Shown here: positions 8,755 to 18,534 of the stretch, in pieces | Numbering within the stretch: the stretch's first letter is position 1 | Layout: each line of letters opens with the position of its first letter | IMG/VR virus record: IMGVR_UViG_3300035666_000025 | Span: 1 to 56,592 of that record | Source: a virus | Lineage: Duplodnaviria > Caudoviricetes | Direction: 5' to 3' (one strand) | DNA length: 56,592 nucleotides | Program-made: the position numbers and the translations under genes | The notes under the pieces: model-generated | The model's database searches: none | What the model saw: only the letters and a program-made list of their open reading frames with translations | Told to the model about the DNA's origin: nothing

Positions 8755-10296
8755 TTATGGAGTTGTTATGCCGATGCGCCTACGAATGTCTTGGCCTGCA
8801 GTGGTTGGTGCCGCTCCCGGCTGTCTTGGTGAGCCAGGCTTAGGCACAGGAATATTGACGCTCTGAGCGATCTGACTCACGCGGTCCAAATAGCTTTGCA
8901 CCATGGAATTGTATTGGTCTTCATTCTCGTCTTTGAATGCATCAAGCGATTTCTTAGACTTTCGTATAACGCGCCCAAGATCTCGATCAAACTCAGCACG
9001 CGCCTGCAAAAGTTGAACCTTGCGCAAAATAGTTGCTGGGTTGTCCTGCGGTGATATTGCTGCGAGGGCAAACAACTCGCGCTCAAAGTTAGATACTGAG
9101 CCTTGACCCTGTGCAATCTTGGCCATTTGCAATTGGATATTGGCCATCGTATTGAGTGCCAACTCATACTTGTTGATCGTCTCTTGCTCTAAGCCCACGT
9201 TCCGTAAGGCATCAATAAGAGCGCCCGCCTGGATAGTCTTGGAGTCTGCACGAATGCCTTCGTTGACCAGCCTTGTAATCGCTGCACCTATGGTTGGACG
9301 ATTAACAATACCGAAGATCTGGTTTGCGTCTTTGCCGCTAGCAATGGTTTGAAGCAGGCGATATTGAGCCATGCGACCAGTCACATCACCTTGCTCAATC
9401 GCTTGCTGCGTGCGGCCAACCTCTGCCTTGGCCGTTTCTTGTGCGGCGGTTTCTGTACCCTTAGCCTCTGCCGTTTGCTGGGCTACTGTACGCAGGCCTA
9501 AATTAGAAAGGAATGCGTTTGCAGCGTCTTTACCTTTATCTTCAAACTCTTTTTGATATCGCTCAAACTGCTTAGGCGTCATGCGCATATCGCCCAAGTG
9601 AGTGGGAAACACATCAGGCTTTTCTATACGGAAGTCTGCAATCTTCTCGCCTGTGCTTTTGCGTACAAGCACACCGTCATTGAAAGCAATGTCATCGCGC
9701 AGCTTCAGAATGGTGCCAACCATTTTTTCATAGCGCGGGTTGCGAGACATGGCAACCAGGTCTTCGTCAGTCAAATTGTTGATGCCAGACTTCTGCGCTG
9801 AGGGCGGTGTCACCTCAGCCTTTGGCTCTGGACGCGGAGCTAGCGGTGTTCCAACCTGAACGGCAGGTTCTGCAGCAGGTTCTGCAGGTTTGCCTGGTTC
9901 TGCAGGTTTTGCAGTAGGCGTACCTAAAATCTTTGGCAGGAAACGCTTATCCATTTCAGCTTGTTGCGTCATGGCCAAGTCTGCCGCGGCTAATTCACGC
10001 TCCATGCCCAATCGCTCAAGGCGCTGCTTTTCTGCTGCAGCCTGTGCGGGTCCAACCTTCTCAGCGACGTTGGCCAATGACTCGCCAAACGATCCTGTCC
10101 TGGTAGGCGCTAAAAATCCTTGCGCCATGGCAAGTAGTACCGGATCAAACAACTGCTGCCGGTTCTGCAGGGCGTCTCTTAATTCTTTCTGGATACGCTG
10201 CAGATCCTCAATCTTGGTCTGCTCTTCCGAAGACTGACCGAAGTAGCTAACGGGCAGATTGGCAAGACCGCTTTTGGATGTAGTCATGTTAATCAC
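8755..10296 (-). CDS. Putative internal virion/DNA ejection protein
   Basis: Helical, GQGSVSNFER motif; position in ejection module. Confidence 0.65.
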   Translation of the reverse strand: MINMTTSKSGLANLPVSYFGQSSEEQTKIEDLQRIQKELRDALQNRQQLFDPVLLAMAQGFLAPTRTGSFGESLANVAEKVGPAQAAAEKQRLERLGMERELAAADLAMTQQAEMDKRFLPKILGTPTAKPAEPGKPAEPAAEPAVQVGTPLAPRPEPKAEVTPPSAQKSGINNLTDEDLVAMSRNPRYEKMVGTILKLRDDIAFNDGVLVRKSTGEKIADFRIEKPDVFPTHLGDMRMTPKQFERYQKEFEDKGKDAANAFLSNLGLRTVAQQTAEAKGTETAAQETAKAEVGRTQQAIEQGDVTGRMAQYRLLQTIASGKDANQIFGIVNRPTIGAAITRLVNEGIRADSKTIQAGALIDALRNVGLEQETINKYELALNTMANIQLQMAKIAQGQGSVSNFERELFALAAISPQDNPATILRKVQLLQARAEFDRDLGRVIRKSKKSLDAFKDENEDQYNSMVQSYLDRVSQIAQSVNIPVPKPGSPRQPGAAPTTAGQDIRRRIGITTP

Positions 10297-11288
10297 CCAA
10301 AGTCCGCAATGTCACTCAATAATGTTGTGTCAGTACCGTCTGTGCTGCCCGGCACCGACTTAAAGATGTCCTTAATAACATCGGCAAGACCGCCGCCGCC
10401 TTTCGGAAAGGCTGCGCCAACTAACGTGCCAAGGCCAGCAATCTGCGACATAACGGATGGACTAAGCTGCGTCGGTAACTCTTCCTTGGTTTCAGATACC
10501 GTTGTTGGGTAGTTGTAGCCACGCATGATCTCAGCCACATTCCGTGCTCGTGTGACAGGCGCTTCGAGCTTCGACTGATCGTAGGCAAGCTTCTGCGAGC
10601 CGATGTCTGCAAGCTGCTTAATCGCTGCTGGTGCCGCCGCTGCCTCTACTTGACCCAATGAACTCAAGCCGCCCACTAACCCTTGCTGGATTGCCTGCTC
10701 ACGCAGTGCAGCGTCAATCGCCTGCTTGTAACCTGCTGACATCACATCAGCTTGTTTACCTAGTAGATTGGCCTGCACATCACCCAAGGTTTGACCTAGT
10801 GCGCCGGCATACCGTTGACTACCAAAACCACCCTGGCCAGCAAACGCTGCTTTTAACGCAGGCATGAGATTGCGCTGTACGTTGAGACCAGACTGACGAG
10901 ACAACTCATCGACCACATCAGTTTGAAACTTGTCGTAAAACTTTGAAATGTCTGTGTCTGAAACTTCTTCAGCCAAACCGCCCACACGCGAAGCATCATC
11001 AAGCGCTGTTTGATATCGCGTCAGATCACTTAACTCAGGCAAGTTTGCCGTTGAGCTAGGGTCCATAAGGTTTCTCAAGAATTCCGGCTGATCTGCTATC
11101 AAATCCCCGCCCGTAAACGGCGTAAATGTTGACGGTGCGCCATCAGCGCCAGGCGTTGTTGTGCCGAGCGCATTCAGACCTGCTTGAGATAGACCCGTTA
11201 AATAGTTGGTTAGATAATCTGGGATCTTCGTTTCCGAAGTCTTCGATAGTTCTACGGGATCTGGTGCCGAGCCTTCAAATAGCGACAT
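10293..11288 (-). CDS. Putative DNA ejection/pilot protein
   Basis: GQGGFGSQR motif, Gln/Ala-rich, C-terminal QIAGLGTLVG. Confidence 0.65.
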   Translation of the reverse strand: MSLFEGSAPDPVELSKTSETKIPDYLTNYLTGLSQAGLNALGTTTPGADGAPSTFTPFTGGDLIADQPEFLRNLMDPSSTANLPELSDLTRYQTALDDASRVGGLAEEVSDTDISKFYDKFQTDVVDELSRQSGLNVQRNLMPALKAAFAGQGGFGSQRYAGALGQTLGDVQANLLGKQADVMSAGYKQAIDAALREQAIQQGLVGGLSSLGQVEAAAAPAAIKQLADIGSQKLAYDQSKLEAPVTRARNVAEIMRGYNYPTTVSETKEELPTQLSPSVMSQIAGLGTLVGAAFPKGGGGLADVIKDIFKSVPGSTDGTDTTLLSDIADFG

Positions 11289-11297
11289 GATGCGCTC

Positions 11298-14200
11298 CTA
11301 TCGTTTCTTCAAATAATCCAACGGGCTTTTAAGTGCCGGTGGCGGCAAATCTTTAGGCTTGTTGGATCTTGCACGCGCACGAATGGCATGCATCATTTCG
11401 TAAAGCTTTTCGGTTCCTGCCTTTGTTGAGCCATTACCCAGCGCTGCAACCACATCGGCAGGAAAGACAAATTCACCATCGGCTAGCATGGCCGGAATGT
11501 CGTCAGACTGACCATCTCCCGGACCAGAGACATGCTTGCCTTCACGGAAGTCTTCGCGTGACAAGCCGCCCTTGGCATACATGAACTGCGGGTTCATAAC
11601 TTGACCGCCAGCCTGGTACATTGGCTCATCCTCTTCGCCAGTATCCGTGCCACCAAATATTTCATCCAGTGATGGCTCTTGGCCATAAGTATAATAGGGC
11701 AGACGCATTTCTTCCTCGATGGGTTCTGGCGCTATAGGCGCTTGTGGCAAATCTTGCACTTCTGCAAAGTATTGAGCAAGTGGATTAATGTATTTCTCGC
11801 GGGTCTGCGAGCCTAGCAGTTTCCCGCCAAGCCAGTCCTCTGGACTAGGTATTCCCATACCGCTACCAAGCAAGAATCCTGCGCCGCTTGCAGCCGGTCC
11901 TACTGGTGGCGGTTTAGTTGTCTTGGTCGGCTCTGGTGTCGTTGTAATTGGTGGAGGTGTTATGTCAGTAGTAACAACTGGCGACCCGCTAGGAATCACA
12001 ACATCACCACCTGGGATCGTATCTTCGCCACCTGGAATCGTATCCTGACCGCCAGGGATCGTATCTTCTCCCTCGGTACTTGTGTTGGTCGTCGTACTCG
12101 TGTTCGTGTTGAGATCTGTCGTTACCGTCGTTGACTGGCCTGTTGTCAGATCGGTTTTCGTCTCGGTCTTGGTTGCCGTTGTCGGATCAACCGTCGTTAC
12201 CGTTTGTGTGTTTTGACTGATCTTGGTCGTGGTGGTGATATTGGTTGTCGTATCAGTCTCGGTCACAGTAGCGGTGTTAGTGTTAACCGTCGTGGTGACT
12301 GTGCTGCTCTGATCAGAAACAATTTGTGTGGTCGTGTTACCGGAGTTGGTGATGGTCGTCGTTGTGCCGTTGTTGGTATCAACAGCCACTGCCGTCGTTG
12401 TATTGCCAGATACCGCCGTGGTTGTAGTCACACCGCCTTCAGTAGCCGTGTTCACGTTTACATCCACGCCCGCCTTGGTTGCTGCATCAACAGCCGCGGT
12501 TGTGGCCGCATTCACATCTACGCCGCTTTTTGTTGCCGTGGCAATTGATGTGGCCACCGATGAAGTAGCCGTAGCATTAACGTCTGACGCCGCTTTCGTT
12601 GCAGCATTAATTGAACTTGTTACCGCACCACCGATGACAACCGTGGAATCCGCGCCTTGATCAAGTCCTGCTACGACTGCCGATGAGACTATCGTTCCGG
12701 TAGTGATGGACGGGTCGGTGCCCGTATTGATCCCCACCGTGATCGCTGAATTGATGACCGAGGACAGGTCTGCACCTGAGTCCAGTGCGCCAGTAATGAC
12801 TGCTGGCCCAATAGCCGTGATGGATTGCCCACTCTCTAGCGCCATATTCATTGAAGACGCAATGGCTGAGTTGGTGGCATCAGTCAAGCTGATACCCTTA
12901 GATGCTGCATCTTCAATCTGAACTGACACGTTAGAAGAAATCGCCGCCGGGTCTAACTTATCTGCCCCCGTGGCTTGCATGGTGCTACTCGTAGGGCCAC
13001 CATAAAGTGCGCCACCCGTCATGGCGGTCAACATATTCTTGGCATCAATCGAGCCACGCAAAGCCATGTCTACGCCAGCAGCAATAGAACCCTCTTCCAC
13101 GGCCTCTTGTGCCGACTCTTTAACTAAGGTCTTGCCAACCTCTTTACCCTGAGTAAGAACACCGCCTGCCACATCATCAGCGCTGCGTGACAATGCACCG
13201 GCAAGCTTAGAAACACCTGATGCGGCACCGGCTAGCGCTACTGTCGTGCCTGCAGCCACACCGGCAGCTTTTTGTGCGTTGGCGTGCGCGACTTCTTTTG
13301 ATGCACCTTTGGCAAGTTGTGACTCGAACTCTTGGTTGTAGGCTGCACCACCATTCTCTATGGCAGAAGCCACAGTCTCTTTAACCCAGAACCCACCAGG
13401 CAAACCTTTAAGCGTTGCAAGCTGCAAAACCTCTTCAACTACCTCGCTGCCTACAGTAGCGCCAAAGGCTTTGGGATTGTTGTAAACAGTTGATGCTAGG
13501 TTGCCAATGTTTGTTGCCAAGTCTTTTAGGCTTGTTGAGTCACCAACCTTGGATATGGCGCTATTGATATCAGCCTTGCCTTTGGTGACATCCGCACCCT
13601 CTGCTGCAGTGGCAGCGCTGGCAATCATGTTGGCCTTGTCCATGACCGCACGGCCAGCGTCAGTAAAGCCTAAAGCGTTTAACACACCACCGATGGAATT
13701 GGCACCAAAGCTCGAAACACCTTGTGCTGCCACGCTGCCAAGGAACGAATCAACACGAGGTGTCGCCATGGTCACCGGGCCTTTAGTTGAAGGCAGGTCC
13801 TTCCCTTCACTGTTGACCGATGATGGCTGGATCAATGTGCCGCTCTTGCCTTCAGCTATCAGGGCGTTGACGGCATTGACATACTTGGCATAGTCCGCAT
13901 CACTTGTGCCACCGCCAGCCTGAATGAAGGCTGCACGGTTATGCATGCCGTTGGGCGCAACATAAGGCGTGCCAAGGTCTGCAGTAGTTGGTTTTGTAGC
14001 GCCAGTTAAGTCAGGGCGCTCCTGTGCAGTGGCCGTGCTGTAATCCTTGCCCTGCCAGGTAAACGTAGCGTTAGCGCCAAGCTTATCTCTAGCAGTGGCA
14101 TAAGCTTCGTTAAAGGTAGGCTTGCCTGCAATCTCTGCGCGAATGTCGGGTAGGTTTGCAGCACGCTCCTGCGCACTTTCGCCGGCAGTTATCTTCTGGC

Positions 14201-16007
14201 CTTCAATGACGCCACGACCTTTGACAACTAAGTCATTAATTGCCTTGTCGTTATAGCCGGCAGAGGTTAACGCGCTACGCAGTTGCTCTTCTGTGCCTGT
14301 ACCACTTAGAAAGTCTCTGTAGGCTGACTGAACGCTTAACTTGTTCTCAAGCTTGATGGCGTTTTGTGCATCAACGCTATTAAGCAAATTGTTTGCTGCC
14401 GACTCAGTAAGCCCTGCAGCCATCATCTCTGTCAGAGCGGTTTGCCGGTCTACGCCAGGAGTGCCAAATTCTGGATCAACCTGCGAATAGCGACCCATGA
14501 CATCAGCCGCTACGCGTTGTTGATTAAGCTGCTGGTCTGCTTGCTTGGCATAACGCTCGGCATCAACAGCACTAAATCCTAAGCGTTGCAACTGACTGAC
14601 AAGGCCCTCTCTGCTTAAGTCATTACCGGGACCAACATAATCAGCAAGCGCTTGATTGGCATTTTGAATGCGTTGCTGTTGAGCGATCTGCTCATCTTCA
14701 GCCGATATAGGGCTAAGGGCACCCAAGCCTTGTGGCGAAGCATTTGCCTCTAAAAAGGCTGCGCGATCTTGTGGCGACTGAGCCGTTACGTTTCTTCCTG
14801 TCAAACCACTTTGAATGCCGGCCTGTGCAAGTGACGTTAATGCAGCCAACTCATTACCACTGATGGCTTGCAAGCCAGCCGTAACAAGTTTGCCAGCAGT
14901 AGCCTTGTCTAGGCCTGTTTCTGCCGCCAAGGTATCCGTTGCAAAACTTGTGCCCACGCTTGTAGCCAATGCAGCAGGATCGAGTTTGCCTGTCGTAATA
15001 AGCTGGGTAATCGCATTCTTGCCAGCGCTTGCTAATTCTGCCGGCAACATCGAGCCAACCTGCGCTCCTGCCCAGCCCGCGCCAGCGCTTAATACGGCAC
15101 CTTTTAATGCGTCAACAGGATCTGCGCCAGTAGCGACTTGCAAGCCAAAATTTAAGACGCCTGAACCAAGCGCACCTGCTGCTGCGCCCGTAGCACCTAA
15201 AGCACTTCCAATGGCCTGGCCAACGCCGGGAAGCAGCAGACCCAGCGCCATTCCCGTGACAGGATTAGTTAAAAATTTTTTGAAGAGACTTGGCCCTTCG
15301 ACGCCAACACCTTGTCTAATTTGCCCTGTAGCGGCGTCTAATTCTTCATAACGGTATTGCTTTGGTCCCAGGCCAGACTGATCATCCGCCAACCGCATTA
15401 AAGAATTTCCGCCAGCCGTGACGGTCCAATCTTTACCGTTAAATGTAACCGGCGTATACCTTGTTTCGTTACCGCCTTCTAAGTTTTCAACATACCTTAC
15501 CGATTCAATCGCTTTTTGCGCAGGCGTGAGTGCTGCAAGTCGATCCTGCTCTTGCATCCATTGATCACGCAACTGAGACGCAGGAATGATCTGAAACCCT
15601 TCATCACCTCGATCAACATACTTGTCAGTAAACGTCGGTATTTGAACGTCACGATAAGTATTTATTGATGGCTTTGCAGTTTCTGCATCAATTGCGTCTT
15701 GCTGCGTGTTATCACGACTTGTGTAATCGTTTGCACCAAGAAGACCGCCGCTAACCGTATCATTACCTGCGGCACCCGTTACCGTAGAAAGTGCTGACAA
15801 GCCGCTCTGAACTGGATAGTAATCACCAAGTGCTTTGCCTGTAGCACGTCGAATATCATCTTCCGATACGCCATATTGCTGCATAGCAGCACGCGCTGCT
15901 GCTTCATCAGGATTGCCAGCAAAGAAGTTGATAATGTTCTGGTTCATTTGATCCAGACCAATACCGCCTGGTGCTGTTGCGTATTGGTAGGCTGCTGACG
16001 TGCTCAT
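11298..16007 (-). CDS. Large internal virion protein (1569 aa) with Thr-rich tract and C-terminal GPGDGQSDDIPAMLADGEFV domain
   Basis: Long ORF in ejection module; glycine-zipper segments; YQAGG and YAKGG motifs. Confidence 0.75.
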   Translation of the reverse strand: MSTSAAYQYATAPGGIGLDQMNQNIINFFAGNPDEAAARAAMQQYGVSEDDIRRATGKALGDYYPVQSGLSALSTVTGAAGNDTVSGGLLGANDYTSRDNTQQDAIDAETAKPSINTYRDVQIPTFTDKYVDRGDEGFQIIPASQLRDQWMQEQDRLAALTPAQKAIESVRYVENLEGGNETRYTPVTFNGKDWTVTAGGNSLMRLADDQSGLGPKQYRYEELDAATGQIRQGVGVEGPSLFKKFLTNPVTGMALGLLLPGVGQAIGSALGATGAAAGALGSGVLNFGLQVATGADPVDALKGAVLSAGAGWAGAQVGSMLPAELASAGKNAITQLITTGKLDPAALATSVGTSFATDTLAAETGLDKATAGKLVTAGLQAISGNELAALTSLAQAGIQSGLTGRNVTAQSPQDRAAFLEANASPQGLGALSPISAEDEQIAQQQRIQNANQALADYVGPGNDLSREGLVSQLQRLGFSAVDAERYAKQADQQLNQQRVAADVMGRYSQVDPEFGTPGVDRQTALTEMMAAGLTESAANNLLNSVDAQNAIKLENKLSVQSAYRDFLSGTGTEEQLRSALTSAGYNDKAINDLVVKGRGVIEGQKITAGESAQERAANLPDIRAEIAGKPTFNEAYATARDKLGANATFTWQGKDYSTATAQERPDLTGATKPTTADLGTPYVAPNGMHNRAAFIQAGGGTSDADYAKYVNAVNALIAEGKSGTLIQPSSVNSEGKDLPSTKGPVTMATPRVDSFLGSVAAQGVSSFGANSIGGVLNALGFTDAGRAVMDKANMIASAATAAEGADVTKGKADINSAISKVGDSTSLKDLATNIGNLASTVYNNPKAFGATVGSEVVEEVLQLATLKGLPGGFWVKETVASAIENGGAAYNQEFESQLAKGASKEVAHANAQKAAGVAAGTTVALAGAASGVSKLAGALSRSADDVAGGVLTQGKEVGKTLVKESAQEAVEEGSIAAGVDMALRGSIDAKNMLTAMTGGALYGGPTSSTMQATGADKLDPAAISSNVSVQIEDAASKGISLTDATNSAIASSMNMALESGQSITAIGPAVITGALDSGADLSSVINSAITVGINTGTDPSITTGTIVSSAVVAGLDQGADSTVVIGGAVTSSINAATKAASDVNATATSSVATSIATATKSGVDVNAATTAAVDAATKAGVDVNVNTATEGGVTTTTAVSGNTTTAVAVDTNNGTTTTITNSGNTTTQIVSDQSSTVTTTVNTNTATVTETDTTTNITTTTKISQNTQTVTTVDPTTATKTETKTDLTTGQSTTVTTDLNTNTSTTTNTSTEGEDTIPGGQDTIPGGEDTIPGGDVVIPSGSPVVTTDITPPPITTTPEPTKTTKPPPVGPAASGAGFLLGSGMGIPSPEDWLGGKLLGSQTREKYINPLAQYFAEVQDLPQAPIAPEPIEEEMRLPYYTYGQEPSLDEIFGGTDTGEEDEPMYQAGGQVMNPQFMYAKGGLSREDFREGKHVSGPGDGQSDDIPAMLADGEFVFPADVVAALGNGSTKAGTEKLYEMMHAIRARARSNKPKDLPPPALKSPLDYLKKR
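12004..12070 (-). repeat. Three 21-bp coding repeats ([EQ]DTIPGG)
   Basis: EDTIPGG-QDTIPGG-EDTIPGG in translation. Confidence 0.8.
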
Positions 16008-16255
16008 TACACCGTCCTTGAATTAACCGCGCCAACCACTGCCGCGGCCCAATCCTGCCAGTTATCAAAGCCATAAGGCTCTGGTATAGCTTCATTGGCA
16101 AACACGTCGATAGCCTTCAAGCCAGCAGCCCAAGACTTCCATTCAACACCAGGACCTGGGATCTGCAACTGCTGGCCAGCATAAGCCTCGCACATGAGCG
16201 CCGCCCATGAATCAAAGTCTTGATACCGCGGGTCATAAACGACAGCCAAACTCAT
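16007..16255 (-). CDS. Conserved small structural-module protein
   Basis: W..WA...PEPYGFDNWQDWA motif; coupled overlaps. Confidence 0.7.
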   Translation of the reverse strand: MSLAVVYDPRYQDFDSWAALMCEAYAGQQLQIPGPGVEWKSWAAGLKAIDVFANEAIPEPYGFDNWQDWAAAVVGAVNSRTV

Positions 16256-18534
16256 GTGGAGTACCCTCGCACGTCACCTTCATCAGCGCTGATAATCACC
16301 TTGCCCAACTGGTAGTCACCGCCAGCGACATTGCTGACAAACTTTAACCGCAACTCTCGGCGCTGCTCTTTCATGTCAATCTTGCCTGTACCAGGCGAGA
16401 AGGTATATGGTCCTGTCGTGCTATCCGCTTCTTGCGCATAGGGTCGGCCTGTGACGTACAAGTCCATATCGCCTGACTGCACAAAATCTGGCTCAACACG
16501 CTCAACACGCAGCCATTTGTTTTCGCCAACGGGTGAGGGTTGCGAAGGTCCGCCTGCTACCCAGCCAAGGTCGGATGTCTCAAAGTAGCTTTCAATAGCA
16601 TTGGCTTGCGTGAATACCACCTCGTCTGTTCCTACCTCGTGCTGCCACAGCGAAACAAATGTCATCGTGGTATTGACTGTCAACTCAAAGTCAGCACCTA
16701 CACCGTCAAGCACGGCTGACAGCGTATCACCCACTTCGTAATCAGTGCCGCGGTTATTGATCTGCACAGAGGTAACAACGCCGCCCGATACGACGATGGT
16801 TGCCGTTGCGCCTGAGCCAGAGCCACCTGTTAGCGGTTCATAAGAATAAGTGGCGTCTGCATAGCCCGTACCTGCATCAGTGATCGAAGTGTCGAGCACA
16901 CCGCCTGTGTAGTTGGCCAACCACCCGGCATTGATCGGGAAGCGAAACACCTGCGAGAAGTAGCCTGCAGAACGTCTGGCACCCAATGCCGTACCAACGT
17001 CATACCAAACATTCTCGCGGATGTTATAGATCACCGCATCATTGCATTCAGTCACGTCGCCACGCGGATAGAACCACCACACCTCGCCAAATCGAGGCAC
17101 CTTGGTAGCGAATACTTTCTGGCGCTGTGTGTAGTTCAGATTGTCAAAGAACCAGTTTTGATTGAACTGATTAGGGATCTCTTTAACGACGCCGTTGTAG
17201 AGCAAGAAGCGATCAACACCGCACCAGTAGTAGATGCCGTCATACTCAATGACTGATTGTGCTGACAAAATAGAGGTCTGCGACGTGATGATGTCATAGC
17301 GCCAGAAGGTAGGTGGCGCAAAATTGCCCGTTCCAGCCACGCCTAGCGACGTAGGAGCGAAGGAAACACGCACCAGGCTATCAAGGGACCAAAACAAGCC
17401 TGACGGCGAATTAGAGCCGCCACGCACAGGCAGGCCTTGCACAATCTTGCCCGTGGCTACGTTGACCGAATTAGCTTCTGCTGATACCCAATCATTCAAA
17501 TCACCTGACGCACAATTACGAATGAGTCCGTCATTGCCGTACACAAACACATAAGGGTGCAACGAGACCACACCGCCAGAGACCGACACTTCATTGTCAA
17601 AGGTGAGCGTGACATTCGTACCGCTAGCAGTGGCCGGCGTATCTAATACCAAGGCAGTTAGCTGCACTGAATACACTCGCGTGCCTGCAGCAATGCCCGG
17701 CCCGGTTACTAACTGGCCTGCGCCGATATTAAAGTTGCTCGTGGAGAGCGTTACCGAGGTAGATGCATTGGTAACCGTCGCCGCCGTTTCCGTAAACACG
17801 CCAAGCGGGAGGAAGTTGTTGCTCGTAAAGTCTGCGGCCAACACAGGCGTATTGACTTCCGAGCTAATGTTATTCAGGTCCTGCGATGGATGCGCTAACA
17901 GTACGTTATTGCCGCTACCAAAGGAGTCCTTGAAGGTATCAAACTGCCATAGGTTGTCAGCGCTTGGTGTAAAGCAACTATCAATGGTTGCCACTTGGAT
18001 TGAGAATCCACTTCCTGTGCCGCCGATGTTCGCGGCTGCAGCAGTAAGCTCGTCGTATACCAAGTAACCAAATCCGCCGCCTGTGATCGTGACCGACGTC
18101 ACCGCATTGCCCGATACTGTAATCGTTGCACTTGCGCCTGAACCCGTTCCCGATGCCACATAAATAAGCGGCACGCCTGTATAAGTACCATTGGTATAAC
18201 TAGAACCGCCTACGAGCACATTCAGCGTTAGGATTGTGCCGCCGAAGGTTAGATCTGTAATGCCTGAGCCAACGCCATTATTGTTGATGGGCAAAAGCTG
18301 TACGCCATCACTGTAGCCGCTATAGACGTTGTTGTATGTGTTCTGCGGAACTAAATAAAGGCCTCGTGAGGGGCCTGCAAGTTGATCCGTGATTTGCCTG
18401 TAGCCGCCAATTTTTCTTGGCCTTTTGCGCTGAAAGCGCACCCATCGGCCATCCACATAAAACTCACGGTCAAACAGCGTCCCGTCTCGTTGGATGCCAG
18501 GATTGGTATCGAGCGCGAAGACCTTTTTGGTCAC
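16252..18534 (-). CDS. Tail tubular/nozzle protein with inserted beta-rich domains
   Basis: WVRF N-terminus, EVWWFYP, YNIRENVWY; two GxGSGAxATIxVSG..VTSV.I...G..Y inserts. Confidence 0.7.
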   Translation of the reverse strand: MTKKVFALDTNPGIQRDGTLFDREFYVDGRWVRFQRKRPRKIGGYRQITDQLAGPSRGLYLVPQNTYNNVYSGYSDGVQLLPINNNGVGSGITDLTFGGTILTLNVLVGGSSYTNGTYTGVPLIYVASGTGSGASATITVSGNAVTSVTITGGGFGYLVYDELTAAAANIGGTGSGFSIQVATIDSCFTPSADNLWQFDTFKDSFGSGNNVLLAHPSQDLNNISSEVNTPVLAADFTSNNFLPLGVFTETAATVTNASTSVTLSTSNFNIGAGQLVTGPGIAAGTRVYSVQLTALVLDTPATASGTNVTLTFDNEVSVSGGVVSLHPYVFVYGNDGLIRNCASGDLNDWVSAEANSVNVATGKIVQGLPVRGGSNSPSGLFWSLDSLVRVSFAPTSLGVAGTGNFAPPTFWRYDIITSQTSILSAQSVIEYDGIYYWCGVDRFLLYNGVVKEIPNQFNQNWFFDNLNYTQRQKVFATKVPRFGEVWWFYPRGDVTECNDAVIYNIRENVWYDVGTALGARRSAGYFSQVFRFPINAGWLANYTGGVLDTSITDAGTGYADATYSYEPLTGGSGSGATATIVVSGGVVTSVQINNRGTDYEVGDTLSAVLDGVGADFELTVNTTMTFVSLWQHEVGTDEVVFTQANAIESYFETSDLGWVAGGPSQPSPVGENKWLRVERVEPDFVQSGDMDLYVTGRPYAQEADSTTGPYTFSPGTGKIDMKEQRRELRLKFVSNVAGGDYQLGKVIISADEGDVRGYST

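Noticed and set aside
12204-15351. Several plus-strand ORFs rich in Val/Ala/Pro
   Set aside because: Antisense shadows of low-complexity regions of the 1569-aa gene
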